From the sequence record MT446416.1: a stretch of 64,000 nt of DNA. One strand, written 5' to 3'. This DNA is from Escherichia virus TH47. Both the position numbers and the translations under genes were made by a program. The notes below the pieces were generated by a model that searched no databases, was not told the origin of the DNA, and saw only the letters and a list, made by a program, of their open reading frames with translations. Below, one piece after another: positions 39,218 to 47,654 of the stretch; position 1 is the stretch's first letter; each line of letters starts with the position of its first letter.

Positions 39218-39481
39218 TTATAGTACTGCAATCTTTTTAGTACGGTACACGGTAACGCGATTGCCCTTGCGGTCGTGCTTTATTTCTACTACTCGCCGCG
39301 ATACACTATCAGGACTTTTTAACGCCGCCAACCAGTACTGTAAAGATCTGGCTTTACTTTGCTTTACTACCGCCCAACGTTTACCACGTTCCGATTGTCC
39401 GCCCATATCTTTAAACGTCGCCCCGTCCAGACGTGCGGCGATCCGTGCTTGTTCACGCGTCACAAAGTACATAATATTCAT
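39218..39481 (-). CDS. hypothetical protein (paralog of 27305-27700)
   Basis: 87 aa. Confidence 0.5.
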   Translation of the reverse strand: MNIMYFVTREQARIAARLDGATFKDMGGQSERGKRWAVVKQSKARSLQYWLAALKSPDSVSRRVVEIKHDRKGNRVTVYRTKKIAVL

Positions 39482-39562
39482 GCTGTTACCCCATCGTTGA
39501 CGTATAAAAGAAATCTATTATAAAGTACTATCACCGTGCAATAGTACTTTAAATATATTCTA

Positions 39563-39790
39563 TTACATTCCAACCATCGCCGCACGCACGCTTGATTTGC
39601 TATAACGTGCCCCATCAGGCGTGTGAGTACCTAAAAGGCGTAACATCCGCTCAACCGCTTTATCTCGCGTGTTGGTGCTTTTAATACTTTCCAGGGCCAA
39701 TTGGTACAGTGATTCATCGTTATTGATCCAAAGGCTTACATTCCAATGGTTGTAGTTTTTATGGCCGTTGAAAGTTTTAGTAGTAGTCAT
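39563..39790 (-). CDS. hypothetical protein (paralog of 37535-37774)
   Basis: 75 aa. Confidence 0.5.
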   Translation of the reverse strand: MTTTKTFNGHKNYNHWNVSLWINNDESLYQLALESIKSTNTRDKAVERMLRLLGTHTPDGARYSKSSVRAAMVGM

Positions 39791-39883
39791 TTTTAATTCC
39801 TCTTAAGTGCAGCGGGAACCATTCCCGCTCTCGATGTAATACATTATACGCTATTTGATAGTACTGTCAAACTAATTTTTAAC

Positions 39884-40246
39884 TTATTCGTAAATTTTGC
39901 CACTGTCAGCCCATACCAGGAAACGAGGCATATTATCCCATGCATCTTGTTTTAAATTTAAACCGTGTAATACTTCTGTACTTTCCATTCCTGGTACTGG
40001 TTTACTATACACCGCGAACATTTCACCCATATACTGATAAGCCATCGTTAAATCACTGGCGATCATCTTATGGATCATCGCATCAAGCATCACGGTAGCG
40101 GCGTATTGTTCACGCTTAAGCGGCAACATTGCAATAAGTCCACGATAAGCTGAAATGTGAATTTTTACCGTTTCTGCCGGAAGATCTTTCATCTCGTCGC
40201 GGAAGTTAACCAGGTTAGCAATAATTTTATTGATTTGTGTCGCCAT
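39884..40246 (-). CDS. hypothetical protein (first gene downstream of the 2-kb control region)
   Basis: 120 aa; preceded by TTGCAT-N16-TATAAT and stem-loop. Confidence 0.55.
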   Translation of the reverse strand: MATQINKIIANLVNFRDEMKDLPAETVKIHISAYRGLIAMLPLKREQYAATVMLDAMIHKMIASDLTMAYQYMGEMFAVYSKPVPGMESTEVLHGLNLKQDAWDNMPRFLVWADSGKIYE

Positions 40247-40380
40247 CGTTTTTAATCTCTCTTAAAGTGCAGCGGGAACCATTCCCGCTCTCGATGTAAT
40301 ACATTATACGCCGTTAAACATAGTATGCAAGTACTTTCTACAAATACTTTTAAAATAGTTTTCTTTCTATATAGGGGAAC

Positions 40381-40436
40381 TATCTTTCAGTACTATCTTT
40401 CAGTACTATCATTCAGTACTATCATTCAGTACTGAA
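40381..40436. repeat. four tandem 12-13-bp repeats (TTCAGTACTATCWT)
   Basis: ctttcagtactat x2, cattcagtactat x2 read directly. Confidence 0.7.
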
Positions 40437-40596
40437 TCAATCCACTAAATCATCCCTATACCCCGTAAAACGGCCTCAGACGCATTCTAACGCATTAATA
40501 CACCTAAGCTATACATTTGCACCATTCCAATCATTCCAGGGCTTTACGGGCCGTTGAAACGCGTTAAATTATTTTCAATTATTTTGTTTTTAGGTA

Positions 40597-40624
40597 TTGA
40601 CTTGATCCTGAAAAAGCGTATAAT
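40597..40624 (+). promoter_or_regulatory. plus-strand sigma70-like promoter TTGACT-16-TATAAT
   Basis: -35 40597-40602, -10 40619-40624; no convincing ORF downstream. Confidence 0.5.
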
Positions 40625-40937
40625 TACTACATAAGCCGGACACAAGGCACTAACCCACAGGGTGCGGAATTACGCCCAAAATTCAAGATATAAAAAAAGG
40701 ATACACTCCCGCACCCTAGCAGGTCAACGCACTTTCTCAGTACTGAAATATAGTACCATAGTACTTGCCAGGATAGCAAGCAAATTAATTAAAACTTTTT
40801 TGCTTCCAGGGTATTGCTTTATTTTTTCAGTACTGTATAATAGTTTCATCAAGTCGAGAAAGACTCAAGCCCACCGGGTGCATAGTTACGCCCAAAATTC
40901 AGTACTGAAAAAATTTTTAAAATATCTGTCCAGGCCG

Positions 40938-40966
40938 TTGACATTGCCCCCAGTTTATAAGATAAT
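40938..40966 (+). promoter_or_regulatory. plus-strand sigma70-like promoter TTGACA-17-GATAAT
   Basis: -35 40938-40943, -10 40961-40966; followed by palindromic GGGGAAnnnTCCCC hairpins and iteron-like repeats. Confidence 0.5.
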
Positions 40967-41060
40967 GATTCCAGATTCAGAAAAATCTAACTCCAGATAC
41001 TGCGGGGAAACTATCCCCACGCGGTAGGGGAACTATTGGAAAAAACAAAATAAAATTTTG

Positions 41061-41175
41061 ATTTAGCCGTCTATACTTCCAGACGTGTAACCATCTAGCC
41101 GTTTAGCCGTCCAAACGTCTAGCCATCCAGCCATCCAGAAATCTAGCCGTTTAGCCGTCTAGATGGATAGCCATC
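41061..41175. repeat. iteron-like direct repeats (TAGCCGT / TAGCCAT / CCAGCCAT)
   Basis: at least 8 copies of 7-8-bp units within ~115 bp, locally GC-richer. Confidence 0.6.
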
Positions 41176-42109
41176 TTTACTTCCATACTTCTGGAGGTCT
41201 AGACATATCTACGTCCAAAATCCACCCAGGGTTACTACACCCAAAATCCGTCAGTACTATACCATAGATCTATCTTTTGAAAGGGAGTATTCAGTACTGC
41301 CATCATAGCCCTCACTATGTTACCCTAGGAGGATGAAGACTATCATGTAGTACTGAATACTGTTAGAGGGAATCCACCAGCTTGTGCTGGTGGCATAATG
41401 CTTTAGATTAAAATCAGTACTGACACCATTCTGTTAATATCAGTACTGTTATTACGATTTTCATATGAGGTTCAAAAAGATGTACCACCACAGGAGGAAC
41501 TATCTTTTCTGTACTGTCTCACGACAGGAGGTAGAGTAAATGAATTGTTCGCAGCAACTCATCTCTCTATGTAGAACATTATACAGTACTGAATCATAAT
41601 GTCAATAACTTTCTTTCACCATTCAGTACTGATATTCTTGAGAACTACCCGTCTACAAACATCATTATATCCCACAAATCATAAACGTCCCAACGTAAAT
41701 TTCAACTTTCGAAGATCCAACTTTTATTTCATAGGTACTCCAAAATTTTTAGGATCGAGATTTAGGATGGAGTACTAACCAACTTTTTGCTGGAGCCTCA
41801 AGGGGTAATTGAATTTTACCCCGAAGGGTAAAAGGGTAATTGAAATTAAGGTGAAAGTAATAATTCAGTACTAATCATTGCGTGATTACTTTTGATTACA
41901 TTTGATGTAATTTGCAAAATGGAAAAGGAGCTTGGAAACTAAAAAGTACGGTAGACTTCCTCTGCCTACTTAGTGGGATATCGACACCTTCAGTACTGAA
42001 TACTTTTGGGGCAGTACTGCTACGTTCTTGATTAAACGTGCACATTCCTGTACTCTATTACACTCTAGTACTCACTACTGATCAGTACTGATCACTACAG
42101 TGATTATAA

Positions 42110-42157
42110 ATGATTACTTAAATGTTTATATATGATTACTTATGATTACTTATGACA
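42110..42157. repeat. tandem ATGATTACTT repeats
   Basis: three to four copies read directly. Confidence 0.6.
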
Positions 42158-42312
42158 AAGAGAAGCCAAAAGCTTCTCTGTAGAGTTACGGGGTTTAGCC
42201 TGGAGAGAATCCTAGTGATCGCATTTGTCCAGGCTGAATTTTAACAATTCGCCTGTACATAAAGGTTGTTCACTAGGAGCTTCCCCAGTCTCTATGTGCT
42301 CTATATGTTGAA

Positions 42313-42522
42313 TTACTTCCTATATATAAGTATTAACATATAGTAGTACTGATTATGCTGTACATTCTCTTTAATATTATAAGGGTCTATAGCAATCTCG
42401 GTACATCTGTTAAATGCATATCTATTAAATGCCAGTACTATTAGATTGTTAACCCATGCTTGTTCGTTTTCTTTTAGTTTACTTATATAGTACTCTTTAT
42501 ACTCTTTATACTCTTTATGCAT
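42313..42522 (-). CDS. FamC small protein
   Basis: N-term MHKEYKEYKEYYISKL, C-term LILIYRK. Confidence 0.5.
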   Translation of the reverse strand: MHKEYKEYKEYYISKLKENEQAWVNNLIVLAFNRYAFNRCTEIAIDPYNIKENVQHNQYYYMLILIYRK

Positions 42523-42535
42523 AGTATTATCTCTA

Positions 42536-42718
42536 TTAATATGATAGTACTAGTGTTAGTACTGAGCACAATTGTTCTTTATAGTTCTTAGGGTATATAG
42601 AATCTTTTATGCACTCATTGAAGTGCCATAGGTATAATCTTGGGTCGCATTCTTTATATATTTTTACGGGGACGAATGTTAGTTTTCTTATATAGAAGTC
42701 TTTATGTTCTTTATTCAT
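42536..42718 (-). CDS. FamC small protein
   Basis: N-term MNKEHKDFYIRKL. Confidence 0.5.
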   Translation of the reverse strand: MNKEHKDFYIRKLTFVPVKIYKECDPRLYLWHFNECIKDSIYPKNYKEQLCSVLTLVLSY

Positions 42719-42920
42719 ATAGGAATAGTATACCTATGATGCCTGAGTACAGGTTAGTACTGTTATTATTGTCGTTTGCGTTTAAAGTCATTTGAATACA
42801 ATTATTGTAGCATAATCTGCCGAAATATGTATCAGTACTTAAAGGTGGTGTAGTTCTTAGAAACATTTGTTCTGATGTACTGAGGTGTTTGGAGTAGTAT
42901 TCTTTATGTTCTTTATTCAT
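42711..42920 (-). CDS. FamC small protein
   Basis: N-term MNKEHKEYYSKHL. Confidence 0.5.
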   Translation of the reverse strand: MNKEHKEYYSKHLSTSEQMFLRTTPPLSTDTYFGRLCYNNCIQMTLNANDNNNSTNLYSGIIGILFLYE

Positions 42921-42925
42921 ATTAG

Positions 42926-43111
42926 TTAGTGTCTGTATATAAGTAATAGTAAGAATACGTACTGCACCTGTTCATCTTTAGTATTGAGTACTGTACGTAT
43001 TGCGTCATGGAACAAGAATATAGTACTTGGGTCATTAGAATTTAAGGGGTTTACGGGGACGGCGTGTTTGTAGTTCCCTTTAACAAATTGTATATAGTAT
43101 TCTTTATACAT
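42926..43111 (-). CDS. FamC small protein
   Basis: N-term MYKEYYIQFV, C-term LLLLIYRH. Confidence 0.5.
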   Translation of the reverse strand: MYKEYYIQFVKGNYKHAVPVNPLNSNDPSTIFLFHDAIRTVLNTKDEQVQYVFLLLLIYRH

Positions 43112-43112
43112 A

Positions 43113-43292
43113 TTAGTACCTGAATATTAGGGCGAGAATGTAGTACATATAATTTTGGTTCACAGCACAGTCAGTATGGTCAATGAATTGTTGGGTCTTT
43201 TTCTTATCCTTGAAATCTATTGGGTTTAGTAGTATAAGCATTTGGGAGTTTATATCCAGATGGCTTACGTAGAATTCTTTATAGTTATTCAT
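43113..43292 (-). CDS. FamC small protein (59 aa)
   Basis: manual translation MNNYKEFYVSHLDINSQMLILLNPIDF...ILALIFRY; below track cutoff. Confidence 0.45.
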   Translation of the reverse strand: MNNYKEFYVSHLDINSQMLILLNPIDFKDKKKTQQFIDHTDCAVNQNYMYYILALIFRY

Positions 43293-43491
43293 AGAAGAAT
43301 ATTAGTCCTATTACACCTGAGTACATAATATTTTTGTTATTGTATTCTAATGCGTCTAGAGTACTACGTATACAATTATTAAAGCAATCTCTGGCGTGTT
43401 GTGTATCTAAACGTAAAGGTGATACACTCCTTAGAAACATTTGTTCTTCGTTGCTGAGGTATTTGGTGTAGAATTCTTTCTGTTCGTTCAT
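43285..43491 (-). CDS. FamC small protein
   Basis: N-term MNEQKEFYTKYL. Confidence 0.5.
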   Translation of the reverse strand: MNEQKEFYTKYLSNEEQMFLRSVSPLRLDTQHARDCFNNCIRSTLDALEYNNKNIMYSGVIGLIFFYE

Positions 43492-43501
43492 ATTGGCCTC
43501 T

Positions 43502-43690
43502 TTAGTACACGAAAGCTAGGTACAGTACATGATACAGTACTTGATTATAGTTGTAATAATTTATCACGCATTTAGTGCACGTAATGAAGTAGTCTTTTTC
43601 GTAGTTTATTTCTATACCGCGAGGTTCATCTTCTAACAGATTACCTTGAAGGTGCGGTGGTAAATCTTTTATGTAGTATTCTTTATACAT
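43502..43690 (-). CDS. FamC small protein
   Basis: start MYKEYYIKDL at 43688-43690. Confidence 0.5.
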   Translation of the reverse strand: MYKEYYIKDLPPHLQGNLLEDEPRGIEINYEKDYFITCTKCVINYYNYNQVLYHVLYLAFVY

Positions 43691-43691
43691 A

Positions 43692-43882
43692 TTAGTACCT
43701 GAATATAAGTAGGATAGTGTTATATAGTTGGTCATAACTACTACTATTTTCTATACTGCGTTCTATGCAGTTATTGAATCCCAGTACTGCCAAATCGTTA
43801 TCCAGGGGGGGACTTTATATCTGGCGTAGTATTCAAAAATGCTGGGGAGAAATTGTGTGTAGTATTCTTTGTGGTTGTTCAT
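43692..43882 (-). pseudogene. FamC member with frameshift at a C7/G7 homopolymer
   Basis: MNNHKEYYTQFLPSIFEYYARYKVPP... then second frame ...FNNCIERSIENSSSYDQLYNTILLIFRY; shift at run ~43803-43812. Confidence 0.4.
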
Positions 43883-43892
43883 ATTGTTCTCT

Positions 43893-44075
43893 TTAGTACT
43901 TATATATTAGGGCGAGGATGTAGTACAGTTTATATATTCTATCCTCGTACATTAGGGTGTACTTAGTACATTCTTGAAACATTGTTTTTGCGTCATCTTT
44001 TATGCCCAATGCAACGTTTGGTATATGGCTCTGTAGATGCATTGGAAGTTTCTCTATGTAGTATTCTTTATACAT
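43893..44075 (-). CDS. FamC small protein
   Basis: start MYKEYYIEKLPMHLQ at 44073-44075. Confidence 0.5.
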   Translation of the reverse strand: MYKEYYIEKLPMHLQSHIPNVALGIKDDAKTMFQECTKYTLMYEDRIYKLYYILALIYKY

Positions 44076-44739
44076 AGTTTGAAATATACGTAATGAGGTG
44101 ATGAATTTTCTTATCAGTACTGATAAGTTCCTGTACATGTTTTGTTAGTTTGTACGCGTTTTTATAGAGTCCTGGATTATCGATTACAGTACTGTACATG
44201 AATTCTTCTTCTGGTGTTAATTCTTTGTTTTGTAGTTCTTTTAGGAATTGCAGTACTGTAATAGTTTCTTCTGTACGTTGCTGTTGGAAGAAATGCATGT
44301 TATCGTGTACTTTTTCTGAACCAATGCAGTACATATCGCCGATTTGGAATTGTGCTGTACGGATATCATGGGTGCTATTACAATTCCCGAAGAAGTATAC
44401 ATTCCCGAAAGATAGAATTATAGTGCACGGGATATTATCCAGGTGCATATAGATATAGATAGATGCGTCCTCTAGTGCTTTTGTGCTGGTATTAGTACTC
44501 AATACTTTTAAATCAGTATTATAGATATTCATATAATGAACAGCTATATTATTTTTCTTCATGTACAATTCAAGGTTCTTTGATACGTTAACTCCATTTG
44601 TACTGGTTTTTTTACTTTTCTTTAGGTTCTTTAGTACATTAGGGTGATAAGTATATGCATTAGTAATAGATTCAGCCTGGATGGATTGCAAGTACTTAAA
44701 GTGCTGTAGGTATCGTTTACTTTGTGGATTGAGTTTCAT
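44068..44739 (-). CDS. hypothetical protein, paralog of 53657-54307, with FamA-like C-terminal segment
   Basis: 223 aa; shared KKNNIAVHYMN/CNST segments; C-terminal EEEFMYSTVIDNPG. Confidence 0.5.
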   Translation of the reverse strand: MKLNPQSKRYLQHFKYLQSIQAESITNAYTYHPNVLKNLKKSKKTSTNGVNVSKNLELYMKKNNIAVHYMNIYNTDLKVLSTNTSTKALEDASIYIYMHLDNIPCTIILSFGNVYFFGNCNSTHDIRTAQFQIGDMYCIGSEKVHDNMHFFQQQRTEETITVLQFLKELQNKELTPEEEFMYSTVIDNPGLYKNAYKLTKHVQELISTDKKIHHLITYISNYV

Positions 44740-44750
44740 ATTGGTTTCCT

Positions 44751-44930
44751 TTATATAGATGCGAGTGCGAGGATTTCCCTGTAGGGATTATCTTGTGTTA
44801 GTGCGTGATGAATGCAGCTATTGAGATTAATATTTTTAGTACTGTTAGTTGCTAGGTTGTAGTACTTCACGAAGGTGTCGTACATGAAACGGTCTTTAAT
44901 GCTTATGTGTTCTATATAGTATTCTTGCAT
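44751..44930 (-). CDS. FamC small protein
   Basis: start MQEYYIEHISIKDRF at 44928-44930. Confidence 0.45.
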   Translation of the reverse strand: MQEYYIEHISIKDRFMYDTFVKYYNLATNSTKNINLNSCIHHALTQDNPYREILALASI

Positions 44931-44994
44931 ATTATTCCTTAGATTTAGATTAGTTTTAGTACTTCTCTGTACGTGTACTTTTCGTTTTGTGCTT

Positions 44995-45117
44995 CTACTG
45001 TACATGATAGAAAGTATCGTTTTTATCTCTTTTGTTCCCGACTGTGTAGTACCTTTGGAATTGATTATAAATGTATCTATCTTTGTGCTGAAGTTTATAG
45101 ATATAGAATTCTTGCAT
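44995..45117 (-). pseudogene. truncated FamC remnant (40 codons)
   Basis: MQEFYIYKLQHKDRYIYNQFQRYYTVGNKRDKNDTFYHVQ then stop. Confidence 0.3.
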
Positions 45118-45125
45118 AGAGTACC

Positions 45126-45311
45126 TTAGATAGAGATTAGTTTTAGTACTTCAATATATGTGCGGTACTCTGCTTTAATTAAATTTGTACACACTGTAAG
45201 GGAACTTCTTTGTATAAGTTTATTGCCGCTTTTATACGCATTTCTCCACACATAGAGATGAGATCTTTCTGGCATAGATAGTTTATTTGTATAGTACTCA
45301 AATGTATTCAT
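45126..45311 (-). CDS. FamC small protein
   Basis: start MNTFEYYTNKLSMPE at 45309-45311. Confidence 0.45.
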   Translation of the reverse strand: MNTFEYYTNKLSMPERSHLYVWRNAYKSGNKLIQRSSLTVCTNLIKAEYRTYIEVLKLISI

Positions 45312-45321
45312 AGTATTCTCT

Positions 45322-45507
45322 TTACATATCAATAAGTTTCAGTACTGCTCTGTACGTGTACTTAGTTGTTAGTGTTTCTTTTATAGCAGTACAGAAGTAA
45401 TGTTGTTTGTCTCTAGTACTGACGCGTTTGTAGTACCATACATGGGAGTTGTGGCTGTACTTGTCCCTGTCGGATAGTTTTTGGTAATAGTAGCTTTTAT
45501 GATTCAT
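45322..45507 (-). CDS. FamC small protein
   Basis: N-term MNHKSYYYQKL. Confidence 0.45.
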   Translation of the reverse strand: MNHKSYYYQKLSDRDKYSHNSHVWYYKRVSTRDKQHYFCTAIKETLTTKYTYRAVLKLIDM

Positions 45508-45728
45508 TGTAATGTAATTAGCCTTATTATGTTAAAGTACTCGGTCCCTGGTACACCTTGTAGAATATTATCAACTACATTTATTTGGTGCAGGATGAGT
45601 ACATTCGGTGCGGATCTTTTAAGGTTTTTTTAAAGTACTGAATTCTTGTTTAAGGATGTTCTGCACATCTTTAGGGAGAATATCTAAGTAGTACTGATGA
45701 ATGTTCATAGTTTTCATATAGTACTCTT

Positions 45729-45914
45729 TTAGAACTTAAAGATGAGGTTCATGATAGATAAGTACTTAGTTTCAGGAAATTGATGTTCTATTGCATAACG
45801 TGTCGCCAGTCTGAAGTCAAATTTATAAAAGGGAGTATTCATATCCAGAGGTTCATTGGGGAATGAATCTCGGTATTGCTTGTGCAGCTTACTACAGTAG
45901 AATTCTTTATACAT
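45729..45914 (-). CDS. FamC small protein
   Basis: N-term MYKEFYCSKL. Confidence 0.45.
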   Translation of the reverse strand: MYKEFYCSKLHKQYRDSFPNEPLDMNTPFYKFDFRLATRYAIEHQFPETKYLSIMNLIFKF

Positions 45915-45915
45915 A

Positions 45916-46128
45916 TTAGTGCTCGATTAATAGGGTAAGGATGTAATAGTATTGCATACTTTCTACCCCTTGTAAAGCATTTCTTATTTTATTATTCCTG
46001 TACGAGTTCAAGAGTTTAGGACAATGTTTGAGGTTTATATAATTATTTTGTGTATACAGTAGGCTTTCTCGTAGACCTTTTGTTGGTAGTGCATCGATGT
46101 AGTACTGTTCAATGTTCATAGTGTTCAT
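45916..46128 (-). CDS. FamC-like small protein
   Basis: N-term MNTMNIEQYYIDAL. Confidence 0.45.
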   Translation of the reverse strand: MNTMNIEQYYIDALPTKGLRESLLYTQNNYINLKHCPKLLNSYRNNKIRNALQGVESMQYYYILTLLIEH

Positions 46129-46352
46129 AGAGCTACCAGTACTAAGATTTTTGATAATTGTTTATTGCTATCCCCGCAGATGTTGCTGTGTAAAATACTC
46201 GCGGTGAGGGTATCAAGTGCACTGTTCAGCATAAGGTTACATCCAGTACTGTTATGTGTTTTTAGCTCTATCAGCCACGAACTATCCGCGAGAAACTTCG
46301 CGTACTCTAGTTCAGTTAGAGTATTGATGTAGTACTTAAGTGTAGTTGTCAT
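46125..46352 (-). CDS. FamC-like small protein (first gene of the array)
   Basis: N-term MTTTLKYYINTL. Confidence 0.45.
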   Translation of the reverse strand: MTTTLKYYINTLTELEYAKFLADSSWLIELKTHNSTGCNLMLNSALDTLTASILHSNICGDSNKQLSKILVLVAL

Positions 46353-46455
46353 GTACAGTTCTCCTTATATTCCTTCTATAGTACACCAGTACTGAAAGGA
46401 TGTCAAGGGTTTTGTTTATGGGGTAAATATGATATAATGAATAAAGGAGGGAAAT

Positions 46456-47577
46456 ATGTTACCTTTTGTTAGAATGTTTGATTATGGAAATGAAGCACCT
46501 GATCCTAGTTCGGGATTTCGAATAATAAGTACAGGAGACGCATTACTATTAATTACTGAGAGTGGTGATTTGTGGGTGCGTGGTTATAACCGTTATGGCA
46601 AGTTAGGTATAGGTAATAACACCACTACCTATGTACTTGATTGGACGAAGGTTAGAAGTGATGTGAAGTTTGCGTGTGGTAGTGGATTGGTAACAGTTAT
46701 CTTTACTAAGGATAATCGTATATTGTACTGTGGTGACAAATGGTTTGAAACGGGTGGTGTTGGTAGTGCACAGATTTTCACATGGACAGATGTTACGCAC
46801 CAATTTGGGGTAGTAGATTTGAGTACAGTAAGGGATATGAAAATGTCTTATTACACGATTGGATTATTGACTACTAATAATCAATTATACGCTAAGGGAT
46901 TTGATAATAACCTATCATTTGGTGGGGTTACTAATAAGGCGACTGCTGTGTTTATTGCGAATAATGTACAAGAGTTGTATACGAGTTTAGTTAGTACTAT
47001 CTACGTTGATACAAGTGGTATATTACATCGTTGTGGCATGAGTGATAACGGTTCGTTGGGTAATAATGGTAGTTTAACTTCGTATCTAAGTTATTCACAG
47101 CCTGGTATGACGATTAAGGACATTGGAATGATGACTACGAACACTGGGTTATTATATACTGATTCTAGTGCACGCACGAGATATTTTATTGCTGGACAGA
47201 ACTTGAATAAACAGATGGGTAATGCGGCGTCTGCGAGTGCCATTACGAGTACTTACACAGAGCTTTCTGGTAGTGTTGATAAGTTTTCTTCTTTATGGGA
47301 GAATGATGGGATATTGATGACATTTGCTGTGGGTAAGAACACTAATCAGTTATTTTATGCTGGGACGAATACTTTTCATGCGAGTGGTGGTGAATCTTCA
47401 TATGCGGATACATATGAGTTAGTCCCGATGGTGTTTAATGACATACAGGAAGTGTTATGTGCACAGCGTTTATCGGTGGTACATGATTCTACGAAGTGGT
47501 ATTACTGTGGTGATGCTAATTCAATGTATGGTTTACCGGACGTAAGTACTTTTACTGAGTTACCGTTGCCCTTTTAA
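46456..47577 (+). CDS. RCC1-like repeat (beta-propeller) protein, FamD copy 1
   Basis: N-term MLPFVRMFDYGN; repeats GYNRYGKLGIGN etc.; AGGAGGG RBS; TATAAT 46434-46439. Confidence 0.8.
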   Translation: MLPFVRMFDYGNEAPDPSSGFRIISTGDALLLITESGDLWVRGYNRYGKLGIGNNTTTYVLDWTKVRSDVKFACGSGLVTVIFTKDNRILYCGDKWFETGGVGSAQIFTWTDVTHQFGVVDLSTVRDMKMSYYTIGLLTTNNQLYAKGFDNNLSFGGVTNKATAVFIANNVQELYTSLVSTIYVDTSGILHRCGMSDNGSLGNNGSLTSYLSYSQPGMTIKDIGMMTTNTGLLYTDSSARTRYFIAGQNLNKQMGNAASASAITSTYTELSGSVDKFSSLWENDGILMTFAVGKNTNQLFYAGTNTFHASGGESSYADTYELVPMVFNDIQEVLCAQRLSVVHDSTKWYYCGDANSMYGLPDVSTFTELPLPF

Positions 47578-47585
47578 TAATAGGT

Positions 47586-47615
47586 CAGTACTGAAATATG
47601 TACTGGTATTTTTTG
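47586..47615 (+). terminator. intrinsic terminator hairpin + T-run
   Basis: CAGTAC-N8-GTACTG followed by TTTTTTG. Confidence 0.55.
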
Positions 47616-47654
47616 TAAATACTATATAATTATTTTAATTTTGGAGATTTAATC

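Noticed and set aside
2900-39500. Many plus-strand ORFs of 60-125 aa from the six-frame track inside the minus-strand gene arrays (e.g. 2900-3082, 3675-3911, 5483-5668, 6856-7110, 9421-10060, 12860-13042, 14349-14555, 16299-16676, 19794-19994, 22953-23150, 24022-24204, 25543-26049, 26658-27186, 29791-30620, 32534-32852, 33237-33503, 34646-35136, 35303-35590, 35962-36216, 37201-37664, 39204-39500)
   Set aside because: They overlap better-supported minus-strand genes in other frames, lack RBS and promoters, and have low-complexity or Cys/Leu-rich composition typical of antisense frames in AT-rich DNA.
40662-41027. 121-aa plus-strand ORF in the non-coding control region
   Set aside because: Highly basic low-complexity sequence spanning promoter and repeat elements, no RBS; more likely non-coding.
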